Positions 8,650-17,323 of a DNA stretch of 64,000 nt are shown here, one piece after another (the stretch's first letter is position 1; every line of letters starts with the position of its first letter). This DNA is from an uncultured bacterium (GTDB lineage: Bacteria; Patescibacteriota; Minisyncoccia; Phycocordibacterales; UBA5272). The stretch is taken from NCBI GenBank assembly GCA_903875555.1, contig CAIQWN010000045.1, forward strand, positions 1,535 through 65,534, given 5' to 3'. Position numbers and translations under genes: made by a program. The notes below the pieces were generated by a model, which saw only the letters and a program-made list of their open reading frames with translations, had not been told where the DNA came from and searched no databases.

Positions 8650-10407
8650 TTAAATTACACCAATAATCCTCAGCCTCAATTCCACTTTTCCTCGCCAATA
8701 ACTCTTTTCTAAATTTGCAATCAGTTTATGTTCCTTTTTTAATTTTTCTTCTAATTCATCATCAACAAAAAATTTAATTGCTTTAATTTGTTTAACTCCA
8801 TCATCACCGCGCCCCGTCGTAGCTTTATGCGAAGTGGGGTAAATCACTTCAATATGCTCACTCTTCTTTCCAAACCTCCTCACACTAATCGCTTTTACTC
8901 TTGGAAATGAAAAAATTGGTTTTGGGTTACCAACACCAAAAGGAGCAAGTACGCTCATTGCTCCATAGGTTATCTCGTTAACATCATTAAAAGAAATTTC
9001 TTCATCAATCAACACTTCTCCATTGCCAATTTCTTTTCTTTTAACACGTTCAATCGCCTCATTCAAAACTTTTAACAATTTATCTTTATTTTCTTTCAAA
9101 AAAGAAAATCCACCTGCCTGCTCATGCCCACCAACACCAATGAAAATATCTCCACACACTCTCATCAAATCAACAACATGAATATCTCCAAGTGAACGAC
9201 AAGATCCCTTCAAAATATTTTCATCTTCCCCTTGCCCCCAAACAAAAGTAGGTTTTCCAGTTTCTTCAATTATTTTTTGTGCAATGAGACCAAGAAGCCC
9301 AGGACCCCAACTAATATCACCAACCACAATTACTTTTTCTTTATAAACAGCATGATCAAAAGAAATCGTAGACAAAATATCTTTTACTCCTCCTTTCCTT
9401 TCATTATTCAAAACCTCAAGATCAAGAACAAGATGCTCAGCAAGCAAATTATCTTTTTCATAAAGCATATTATGCGCTTGCATAGGATGACCCATTCTAC
9501 TTGCTGCATTTATTCTAGGTGCAATAGTAAAAGAAATATCTTCTTCTGTTAAATTATCTTTTATTACTCCTTGATTTCTAAAAATATGATTAAGTCCATA
9601 TCTTTTTGTTTTTTGTAAAACTTTTAATCCAAAATATACGAGTGTTCTGTTTTCTTTCACAAGTGGAACCATGTCGGCCACTGTAGATATAGCAACAAGA
9701 TCAAGCCACCACTTTTCAAAACCTTCTGGAAGTTCATAGACTTTCTGTAAAACAATACTATACGCGTTTTGTTTCTTTCCTTCTTCTAATTTTTTACTTT
9801 TTACTTCCTCTTTCAATTTTACAAGAATCGCACAAGCAAGCTTCCAAACAACCGCACAACCACATAGCATATCATCATAATAATTACATTTATCTTGTTT
9901 CGAATTAAGAATACAATACGCTTCTGGTAATATTTGTTTTTTATTTTCACTCAAAGGCAAATGGTGATCTGTTACTATTACATTTATTCCAAAATCTTCT
10001 GCATATTTAACTTCATCAACATTTGTAATTCCAGAATCAATAGTAATTAACAAAGTCACTTTATCTTTTTTAAATTTATCAATCACTTTTTTGTGTAAGC
10101 CATATCCTTCATTATGACGATGAGGAATATAAATATCTACATTACCATAACCAATTGTATTAAAAAAATCTCGTAGCAAAACACCACCAGGCACACCATC
10201 GCAATCATAATCACTATAAATAACCACCTTCTCTTCATTTTTTATCGCCTTAATAATTCTTTTGACTGCTTTTTCCATTCCATAAATCAAAAATGGATCA
10301 CCAATACCTATTTCATAAGATGGATTTAAAAATTTTTCTATTTTATCACCAACAACCCCCCTATTTTCAAGAAGTTTTAAAGTTAATGGATGTAAATCTT
10401 TTATCAT
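8650..10407 (-). CDS. recJ: Single-stranded DNA exonuclease RecJ
   Basis: DYDCDG, TDHH, PRINAASRM, GSCRS, GGHEQAGG, PFGVGNPKP. Confidence 0.96.
   Translation of the reverse strand: MIKDLHPLTLKLLENRGVVGDKIEKFLNPSYEIGIGDPFLIYGMEKAVKRIIKAIKNEEKVVIYSDYDCDGVPGGVLLRDFFNTIGYGNVDIYIPHRHNEGYGLHKKVIDKFKKDKVTLLITIDSGITNVDEVKYAEDFGINVIVTDHHLPLSENKKQILPEAYCILNSKQDKCNYYDDMLCGCAVVWKLACAILVKLKEEVKSKKLEEGKKQNAYSIVLQKVYELPEGFEKWWLDLVAISTVADMVPLVKENRTLVYFGLKVLQKTKRYGLNHIFRNQGVIKDNLTEEDISFTIAPRINAASRMGHPMQAHNMLYEKDNLLAEHLVLDLEVLNNERKGGVKDILSTISFDHAVYKEKVIVVGDISWGPGLLGLIAQKIIEETGKPTFVWGQGEDENILKGSCRSLGDIHVVDLMRVCGDIFIGVGGHEQAGGFSFLKENKDKLLKVLNEAIERVKRKEIGNGEVLIDEEISFNDVNEITYGAMSVLAPFGVGNPKPIFSFPRVKAISVRRFGKKSEHIEVIYPTSHKATTGRGDDGVKQIKAIKFFVDDELEEKLKKEHKLIANLEKSYWRGKVELRLRIIGVI
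8812..8839. repeat. In-frame coding palindrome, family B, inside recJ
   Basis: CCCCGTCGTAGCTTTATGCGAAGTGGGG, translating to PTSHKATTG; matches the 4476 and 4533 copies. Confidence 0.8.
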
Positions 10408-10470
10408 TATTAGTAAACATTATATCATTATAAAATTTTGTCTTTTACTAAAAAAATAAAAGACACTGAT

Positions 10471-11961
10471 TTATTTCACCTTAAACTGTTTACGAATTTC
10501 TTTGACCTTTTCAATATTTTTTTCTTCCATTTCTTCTTTTCCTTTCTCCCCTAACTTCTTTAACTCTGAAATATCTAAAGAAATCAATTCTTTTGCGCGA
10601 TTATCCAAATATTCTTCTGTGTTTTTCTTTGGGTTTTCCAAAACCTCATCAAACAATGCATGTAAAACAAACCCAATTTTTGGTCCCGGTGTTTCTTGTG
10701 TAACACTCATTATTCTTTCTCCGTTTGTTTTTAGCATTTTTAACGAAATCGGATCTTGAAGTGCTTGTTCGATCATTGATTCATACATTCTTAATCTGTA
10801 CGGTTCTTCTTTTGGTCTTCCTGTCCCTATTCTATCGCATATACGAAGATTAACTAGATCCCATACCTTGTCTTTACCAACATTTACAATCAATCTGCGA
10901 ACAGCACTTATTGTTATTTGTTCTGTGTCACTAAAAAACATATGCCAACGTACCATAATTGATACAGTATCGATTAACTCCTTAGAAAACTTTAATCTTT
11001 CCATAATTACGCGCGTTACACGTGAACCAACAACCTCGTGACCATAAAACGTGTGTTGTTTTGTGTCTTTTATAAATCTACGTGTTTCTGGTTTAGAAAT
11101 ATCATGAAAAATAGCCGCTAAACGAATATGTAATGCAAGTTTTTTATCAGCAGAATGTTGCAATGTCTTTAAATTATGTTCCCAAACATCAAAACTATGT
11201 GCCTGGTTCTGTGTAACCCCTACTCCACGAAGCAACTCCGGAACAATAAATTGAAGTAAATTTAAATCTTTTAATAAAGTAATCCCTCTCATAGGAAAAT
11301 CTGTCATAATAAGTTTAGAAAATTCATCCCTGATTCTTTCACGTGAAATACTATTAAGTAAATTGGAATTCCTTTCCACACTTTCACGTGTAACAGATTC
11401 TAAATCAAAATCAAGCTGACAAACAAAACGAACAGCACGCATAAGTCTGAGAGAATCTTCTTGGAACCTCTTGTCTGGATCACCAACCGCTCTTAAAACC
11501 TTATTTTCTAAGTCCTTTTTACCACCAAACAGATCTACTGTTTCTTGTGAAATAGGATTATACGCCATTGCATTCACAGTAAAATCACGTCTTTTTAGAT
11601 CATCTTCAATATTTTGACTCCACCCTACTTGATCAGGATGTCTTTTATCTGAATATTCCCCTTCTAAACGATATGGAGTAACTTCAACTATTCTTATGGT
11701 CTCATTAGAACAAATAGTTCCTATCTCTTCTCCACAAGTAACAACACCAACTGTACCATATATATTTTCATAGAAAGTTTTTGGAAACAGGCTTATAATT
11801 TGTTCAGGTGTGGCGTTTGTGGTTACATCATAATCTTTTGGTTTTATACCCATAAACAAATCACGAACACAACCACCAACAAGAAAAGCTTCATAGTCAG
11901 CACCTTGAAGTACCGCAATAACCATACTTATCTCTTTTGGTATTTCGTTATTATTTATCAT
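10471..11961 (-). CDS. cca: CCA tRNA nucleotidyltransferase with HD domain
   Basis: VGGCVRD, KDYDVTT, RRDFTVNAMA, FQEDSLRLMRAVRF, FHDISKP. Confidence 0.93.
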   Translation of the reverse strand: MINNNEIPKEISMVIAVLQGADYEAFLVGGCVRDLFMGIKPKDYDVTTNATPEQIISLFPKTFYENIYGTVGVVTCGEEIGTICSNETIRIVEVTPYRLEGEYSDKRHPDQVGWSQNIEDDLKRRDFTVNAMAYNPISQETVDLFGGKKDLENKVLRAVGDPDKRFQEDSLRLMRAVRFVCQLDFDLESVTRESVERNSNLLNSISRERIRDEFSKLIMTDFPMRGITLLKDLNLLQFIVPELLRGVGVTQNQAHSFDVWEHNLKTLQHSADKKLALHIRLAAIFHDISKPETRRFIKDTKQHTFYGHEVVGSRVTRVIMERLKFSKELIDTVSIMVRWHMFFSDTEQITISAVRRLIVNVGKDKVWDLVNLRICDRIGTGRPKEEPYRLRMYESMIEQALQDPISLKMLKTNGERIMSVTQETPGPKIGFVLHALFDEVLENPKKNTEEYLDNRAKELISLDISELKKLGEKGKEEMEEKNIEKVKEIRKQFKVK

Positions 11962-11991
11962 AATTAATGTTATAATATGCTTGTAAAATAA

Positions 11992-12063
11992 GCTTTCGTG
12001 GTGAAATGGATATCACATCGGTCTTCGGAACCGTTGTTCCAGGTTCGAATCCTGGCGAAAGCA
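11992..12063 (+). tRNA. tRNA-Arg(UCG)
   Basis: Acceptor GCTTTCG/CGAAAGC, anticodon loop CTTCGGA, T-arm CCAGG-TTCGAAT-CCTGG; CCA not encoded. Confidence 0.93.
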
Positions 12064-12141
12064 CAAACTCTTTTTAATTTTTATCCTATTTTTTACTTTC
12101 AATTCTCGTATCTCACACAAATACATCGAATTATTCTTTTG

Positions 12142-12212
12142 TGCGGCGTACGAGAATCGAACTCGTGTCTCATCCTTGGCAAGGACGTATTCTACCACTA
12201 AACCAACACCGC
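12142..12212 (-). tRNA. tRNA-Gly(GCC)
   Basis: Reverse strand GCGGTGT...CGTCC-TTGCCAA-GGATG...ACGAG-TTCGATT-CTCGT-ACGCCGC-A. Confidence 0.95.
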
Positions 12213-12315
12213 GAATAATAATTATATTATCACAAATAAAAGTAAATAAAAAGCTAATATATTGCTACTGTTTATTTTAAAAACCATTAAAAATAAATAG
12301 TATACTATGAAAAAC

Positions 12316-12345
12316 TGTGGATAAACCTGTGGTAACTGTTGATAA
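12316..12345. promoter_or_regulatory. DnaA box cluster
   Basis: Perfect TGTGGATAA at 12316, degenerate TGTGGTAA at 12328, one-mismatch TGTTGATAA at 12337, within an AT-rich intergenic stretch. Confidence 0.6.
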
Positions 12346-12505
12346 GAGACAGTAAAATACATATGAGGCAAACTATACAGACATTGCCCTTAATTGTGAA
12401 ATATCATTGTAAACTAAGGATATTTCACAAAAAGACTGACTCTTTTATAAAGGAAAATCTATAAACGTGTCACGTGAAACGTTTCATAAGAAACGAATAA
12501 TAAAA

Positions 12506-12892
12506 ATGGCAAAACATAATGAAATAGGTAAAATAGGAGAAAACATAGCAAAAACCTTTTTAATAAGAAGTGGTTTCATTGTGGTGACTATGAACGAAAA
12601 ATTTAAATTTGGTGAAATAGATATAATTGCTGAAAAAGACAATATTTTGCACTTTGTTGAGGTAAAAAGTGTTAAAATAAGAGACAGTTCCAATATAAAA
12701 ACTTTAAAAATAAAACCTGAAGATAATTTAACTTTTTGGAAAAAATTTAAATTCAAAAGAGCAATTAATTTATATTTAATAAACAATAGTAATCTCAAAA
12801 ATAAAAAATTACAAATCGATCTCATTTGTGTTTATATAAATCAAAAAACAAGGGAGGGGAGAGTGAAAATTTTTGAAAACATAGAATTATAA
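12506..12892 (+). CDS. yraN: YraN/UPF0102 family predicted endonuclease
   Basis: GKIGENIA, GEIDIIA, LHFVEVK. Confidence 0.9.
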   Translation: MAKHNEIGKIGENIAKTFLIRSGFIVVTMNEKFKFGEIDIIAEKDNILHFVEVKSVKIRDSSNIKTLKIKPEDNLTFWKKFKFKRAINLYLINNSNLKNKKLQIDLICVYINQKTREGRVKIFENIEL

Positions 12893-12945
12893 AAAGGTAG
12901 TAATTGTAGAAAAATATGTTAGAATTAGATTTAGTTTAGATATTT

Positions 12946-13018
12946 CGGAGTGTGGTGTAACGGCTAACATTCTGGTTTTGGGTACCAGCGACTCAGGGTT
13001 CGAATCCCTGCACTCCGA
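12946..13018 (+). tRNA. tRNA-Pro(UGG)
   Basis: Acceptor CGGAGTG/CACTCCG, CTGGT-TTTGGGT-ACCAG anticodon arm, TTCGAAT T-loop. Confidence 0.95.
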
Positions 13019-13065
13019 CAAAATAACAAAAACCCTTCAAACGAAGGGTTTTTGTTATTTTGTCG
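13016..13065. terminator. Terminator hairpin after tRNA-Pro
   Basis: 23-bp perfect stem starting in the last bases of the tRNA. Confidence 0.8.
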
Positions 13066-13111
13066 ACACTAGAAATTTTTCTATAAATAAGATATAATCT
13101 ACTGGTGATTT

Positions 13112-13182
13112 GCGGTGTTGGTTTAGTGGTAGAATGCCTGCCTTCCAAGCAGGAGACAAGAGTTCGATTCTCTTACGCCGCA
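13112..13182 (+). tRNA. tRNA-Gly(UCC)
   Basis: GCGGTGT/ACGCCGC acceptor, CCTGC-CTTCCAA-GCAGG anticodon arm. Confidence 0.95.
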
Positions 13183-13189
13183 CTAATTT

Positions 13190-13477
13190 ATGGACAACAA
13201 TCCAAAAACAGAATTTAATAAAACCCTTGAAGTTTTGCGTTCTGAGATATTTGAAACTGATAAAGAAATAATAGAACTACTTGCAAAAAGATTTAATTTT
13301 GTTAGAAAAGTCGGACAAATAAAAAAAGAAAACAATATTCCTCCACTTGACCAAACACAGTGGAATAAAGTTCTAAAAACAAGAAAGAGTGTCGCTAGGG
13401 AATTAAATCTAAATGAAAATTTAATAGAAAATGTCTTGGAATTAATACACAAAGAATCACTTAGATTAGAAAAATGA
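13190..13477 (+). CDS. Chorismate mutase, AroQ type II
   Basis: LEVLRSEIFETDKEIIELLAKRFNFVRKVGQIK and C-terminal IHKES fit the CM_2 helical pattern. Confidence 0.8.
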   Translation: MDNNPKTEFNKTLEVLRSEIFETDKEIIELLAKRFNFVRKVGQIKKENNIPPLDQTQWNKVLKTRKSVARELNLNENLIENVLELIHKESLRLEK

Positions 13478-13513
13478 TTTTGTATTATTTACTTATTGTT
13501 AGAAAATAAATTT

Positions 13514-13753
13514 ATGGAATTTGGAAAAGAGGAATTATTTTTACAGACACACCAAGAAAAAATGAACGATGTTCAAATGATTGTTTTTCTTGATGATATT
13601 ATTAACAAATATACACCTGTTGTACTAGACACAAATAACGGTTTAAATACTGAAACACTGAGAAAGATAGAGGGTATTTTACAAACAGCAAGAAAAACTA
13701 AAAAAAGATTAGAGGGAAATATTTTGATTGATCAAAAAGATACTCTGCATTAA
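13514..13753 (+). CDS. Hypothetical protein
   Basis: Short ORF ending at a bidirectional hairpin (13753-13789). Confidence 0.55.
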   Translation: MEFGKEELFLQTHQEKMNDVQMIVFLDDIINKYTPVVLDTNNGLNTETLRKIEGILQTARKTKKRLEGNILIDQKDTLH

Positions 13754-13803
13754 AAAAACAAAATCGCCCTTAGGGCGATTTTGTTTTTTGCCAAATAAAG
13801 TAA

Positions 13804-14076
13804 TTATGCTACTGCATCCTTAAGTGCCTTTGCGGCTGAGAACTTAGGAGCCTTCTTGGCTGCAACCCTAACAGTTGCTCCTGTTTTTGGGTTACGAGCA
13901 TCACGAGCCTTACGAAGCTTTACAGAAAACTTACCGAATCCTGCAATTGCAACTTCGTCTCCTTTTTTAAGTGTCTTAACAATTGTGTCGAAAATAGTAT
14001 CTACGATTGCTTCTGCTTGTACTTTTGTTGTACCAAGTTCTGCGTTTACCACTTCAACTAGAGCTGCTTTGTTCAT
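13804..14076 (-). CDS. hup: DNA-binding protein HU
   Basis: MNKAALVE, GFGKF, ARNPKTG, PKFSAAKALKDAV; start reset to ATG 14076. Confidence 0.97.
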   Translation of the reverse strand: MNKAALVEVVNAELGTTKVQAEAIVDTIFDTIVKTLKKGDEVAIAGFGKFSVKLRKARDARNPKTGATVRVAAKKAPKFSAAKALKDAVA

Positions 14077-14226
14077 ATGATGAAATATTTTTAGTGATGG
14101 TTTTCCTAGGAACACACCACTGATTAGTTATTTTATAATTTCACCGCAAAGGGCAAGCCTGGGCGATGTATGTAAACAGTATATAAAATATGGGATTTTT
14201 AGCAAGGGGAGAAAAGGTTGTTCGAC

Positions 14227-14315
14227 TTTTAATTAAAACTAACCGATATAATTTTCTACTGAAAATTTATCTCACCCTCAAACCGTAGTCCTGCGACAGT
14301 TAGTTTTAATTAAAA
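14227..14315. repeat. Miniature inverted-repeat element
   Basis: 17-bp perfect IR TTTTAATTAAAACTAAC / GTTAGTTTTAATTAAAA enclosing small hairpins. Confidence 0.55.
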
Positions 14316-14356
14316 ATCTCACTCTTAGAAATTGATACACTTCGCTCCAAAAACCT

Positions 14357-14758
14357 TTATAAAATAAGGAACTTTTCTAAAACTTCTTTCTGATTTGAAT
14401 ACATTAAATATTTCTCTAGGTCTTCTTTCTTGGAAACCAAAACGAAATCTGATATTTCGTGGTTTATTTTAATTTCTTGATCTGACACGACAGATGCAGT
14501 ATAAAAAATAAAAACTTTTGGAATTTTGTGAATGTTATGAGAAACACTGACTGAAATTAATTTTTGATCAACACAATCAACACCAAGCTCTTCTTTTATC
14601 TCGCGGATTAAACCTTCTTCGAGTTGTTCATCAACATTTAATCTTCCACCTGGAAGTATCCACTCATCTTGTCCTTTTTCTTTCACAATAACAAAAGAAT
14701 TTTTATATTTCAAAATCACCTTTTGTGTTACTTGTCCAAAAAAATGTTCTTCTTTCAT
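14357..14758 (-). CDS. NUDIX hydrolase
   Basis: WILPGGRLNVDEQLEEGLIREIKEELG; start reset to ATG 14758. Confidence 0.92.
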   Translation of the reverse strand: MKEEHFFGQVTQKVILKYKNSFVIVKEKGQDEWILPGGRLNVDEQLEEGLIREIKEELGVDCVDQKLISVSVSHNIHKIPKVFIFYTASVVSDQEIKINHEISDFVLVSKKEDLEKYLMYSNQKEVLEKFLIL

Positions 14759-14762
14759 AAAT

Positions 14763-15002
14763 TTAATCTGTTTTTCTTCTACCCCAGTGAATGTGTGACC
14801 AGATTCTTTCGTGAAAATAATAAAGTATGGTACTGTAACCATTAACAACTGCAACGATTCCCGCTGAAACAACAACATTATGAGTAAAAAAATATGCAGC
14901 GATAGAATCTGCTGTAATACTTAACATGCGATAAGTAATTGACTTAACTACTGAACGATGATTATTCTCAAGTGTTTTATTTTTAATATAAATTTGTTCC
15001 AT
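14763..15002 (-). CDS. DUF2061-like small membrane protein
   Basis: RSVVKSITYR and YYFHERIW..IHWG. Confidence 0.85.
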   Translation of the reverse strand: MEQIYIKNKTLENNHRSVVKSITYRMLSITADSIAAYFFTHNVVVSAGIVAVVNGYSTILYYFHERIWSHIHWGRRKTD

Positions 15003-15068
15003 GTAAGTCTATATGATAGCAAAAGAAATAAAAATTTAAAAATTATTCAAAAATGAAATATTTTTTGA

Positions 15069-16577
15069 CTAACGAGCGAATTCAATTGAACGAGATTCAC
15101 GTATAACGTTTATTTTTATTTCACCAGGAAAATGTAATTCTTGTTCTATGCGAATTGCAATATTGCGAGCAAGGTCGCGCGCTTCTAAATCAGAAACAAG
15201 GGCAGGGGTTACAAACACGCGAATCTCACGACCTGCTTGAAGTGCATAAACTTTTTCGATTCCAGAAAATGCTAATGCTATAGCTTCTAAATCTTCTAAT
15301 CTTTTGATATATCTTTCTACTGTGTCACGTCTTGCACCAGGACGACCTCCACTTATTGCATCAGCAACTTGCACTATAACACTTTCTGTCGTTTCGTATG
15401 GATATTCTTCGTGGTGAGCCTGCATTGCTTGAATAACACGATTATCAACTCCATACTTCACTAAAATTTTTCTTCCTATTTCGACATGGGTTCCTTGTAT
15501 TTCGTGATCAACAGCCTTTCCAATATCGTGAAGCAATGCTCCTGCTTTTGCAATCTGGATATCTGCACCAAGTTCTGAAGCAAGCATTCCTGCGATATGA
15601 GTCATTTCTATTGAATGATTTAAAACATTTTGACCATACGATGTTCTAAAATATAAACGACCAATAAGTGGAATAATTGATTCTGGAATTGAAAGAAGTC
15701 CACATTCAAGGACAGCTTCTTCTCCTTTCTTCTTCATTATGTTTCCAATTTCCTTTTTTGATTTTTCTAAAAATTCTTCTATTTTTGCTGGCTGAATGCG
15801 ACCATCTTTAATCAGAGCCTGAAGTGCGTTTGTTGCAATCGCACGACGAACAGGATCAAAACAAGAAACAACAATCCCGTTTGGAATTTCATCAACGAGA
15901 AGTTCTACGCCTGAAGATTTCTCAAATGCTTTTATATTTCTTCCTTCTTTACCAATTATTTTTCCTTTTACTTCATCGTTTTCTATTTCTACTGTACTTG
16001 TAGAAAATTCTGCAAGGTCGGAATTTCCTAAACGATGAATTGAACTTATTAAAATATCACGAGCTTTTTCTTCAAGTTTGATTTCTCCGTCACGAGAAAG
16101 TTTTAAGATGCGAGAATTCAGATCTTCTTCGGATTCGAGCGAAATTTTGCGAAGCAAAATTTCGCGAGCGTCTATTTCAGATAGGTTTGCCACTCTTTCT
16201 AGTTCTTTTTCTATATTTTTTTCTTTCTCTTCTAAGATTTCTTTTACCATTTGCAAATCTTTTGCTTTTTGACGAATTGTTTCTGTGTCTTTAGAAAGAA
16301 TTTCTTCTTTTTTTGTAAGTTCTGTGTCACGACGATCAAGACGTTCTTCTTGTTTCTCTACTCTTTCTTCTGCTTTTTCTATCTCTACTCTAATTTCCTT
16401 CGCACGATTAAGTGCCTCATCTTCTATTTCTCTTGCTTTTCTTTTTGCTTCAATTATTTTTTCTTCTATATCATTTTCTATTGTGTCACGACGATACAGT
16501 GCCACATAATGACGAATAAAATAACCAGAAATAATCCCGATCAAAACAAAAATAATTATTTGTATTAATAAATTCAT
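15069..16577 (-). CDS. rny: Ribonuclease Y
   Basis: N-terminal TM, coiled coil, KH motif KGKIIGKEGRNI, RTSYGQNVL, LLHDIGK, RPGARR. Confidence 0.98.
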   Translation of the reverse strand: MNLLIQIIIFVLIGIISGYFIRHYVALYRRDTIENDIEEKIIEAKRKAREIEDEALNRAKEIRVEIEKAEERVEKQEERLDRRDTELTKKEEILSKDTETIRQKAKDLQMVKEILEEKEKNIEKELERVANLSEIDAREILLRKISLESEEDLNSRILKLSRDGEIKLEEKARDILISSIHRLGNSDLAEFSTSTVEIENDEVKGKIIGKEGRNIKAFEKSSGVELLVDEIPNGIVVSCFDPVRRAIATNALQALIKDGRIQPAKIEEFLEKSKKEIGNIMKKKGEEAVLECGLLSIPESIIPLIGRLYFRTSYGQNVLNHSIEMTHIAGMLASELGADIQIAKAGALLHDIGKAVDHEIQGTHVEIGRKILVKYGVDNRVIQAMQAHHEEYPYETTESVIVQVADAISGGRPGARRDTVERYIKRLEDLEAIALAFSGIEKVYALQAGREIRVFVTPALVSDLEARDLARNIAIRIEQELHFPGEIKINVIRESRSIEFAR

Positions 16578-16630
16578 AAATTTTAAATTTGTAGGGTGAT
16601 TTTTTTATTGTAATAAGTCACCTCTAAAGA

Positions 16631-17215
16631 TTACTTATTCTTTGGTTTCAAAATTTGATCAACAATACCGTATTTCTTTGCTTCATCTGCGGTCATCCAA
16701 TAATCACGATCTTTGTCTTTCTCTACTTTTTTATAATCTTGTCCTGTTGCATCAGAGAGCATCTTTGTAAGTTTCTCCTTTAGTCTTTGAATATGATTGG
16801 CTGTGATTTGTATATCGGAAGCCTGTCCTTCAACACCAGTTAATGGCTGATGAATCATTACTTCTGAATTTGGGAGCATAAATCTTTTTCCTTTTGTTCC
16901 TTGAGATAAAATGATTGCGCCCATAGAAGCAGCCATTCCAGTACAAACTGTAACAACGTCTGGTTTGATGTGATGCATTGTGTCGACAATCGCAAGACCT
17001 GATCCTATTTCTCCGCCAGGGGAGTTTATATAAAGAGTAATATCTTTCTTTGGGTCTTCTGATTCAAGAAATAAAAGTTGTGCAATAACAATGTTTGCAA
17101 CATTAGAATCAATTGGGCCAGCAAGAAAGACAATTCTTTCACGTAAAAGACGCGAGTAAATATCATATGCACGCTCACCAAATTGGCTTTTTTCGATAAC
17201 TGTGGGAATAAGCAT
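16631..17215 (-). CDS. clpP: ATP-dependent Clp protease proteolytic subunit
   Basis: [31 protein letters not shown]. Confidence 0.99.
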   Translation of the reverse strand: MLIPTVIEKSQFGERAYDIYSRLLRERIVFLAGPIDSNVANIVIAQLLFLESEDPKKDITLYINSPGGEIGSGLAIVDTMHHIKPDVVTVCTGMAASMGAIILSQGTKGKRFMLPNSEVMIHQPLTGVEGQASDIQITANHIQRLKEKLTKMLSDATGQDYKKVEKDKDRDYWMTADEAKKYGIVDQILKPKNK

Positions 17216-17323
17216 AATAATAGATAGTTAGTATAGGGCGGTAAGTAATTCGTTTGAAAATTTGCTTCGCAAATTTTCAAAATAAAAACAAACAACAATA
17301 CAATTTAATAAATAAAATTCAAA

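Larger units (their letters stand above)
10690..12481. promoter_or_regulatory. Cluster of six parS-like sites
   Basis: 16-mers matching TGTTTCACGTGAAACA at 13-14/16, starting at 10690, 11014, 11335, 11380, 11539 and 12466. Confidence 0.7.

Noticed and set aside
11998-12201. ORFs 11998-12201 (+) and 12013-12198 (-)
   Set aside because: They overlap tRNA-Arg and tRNA-Gly and are shadows.
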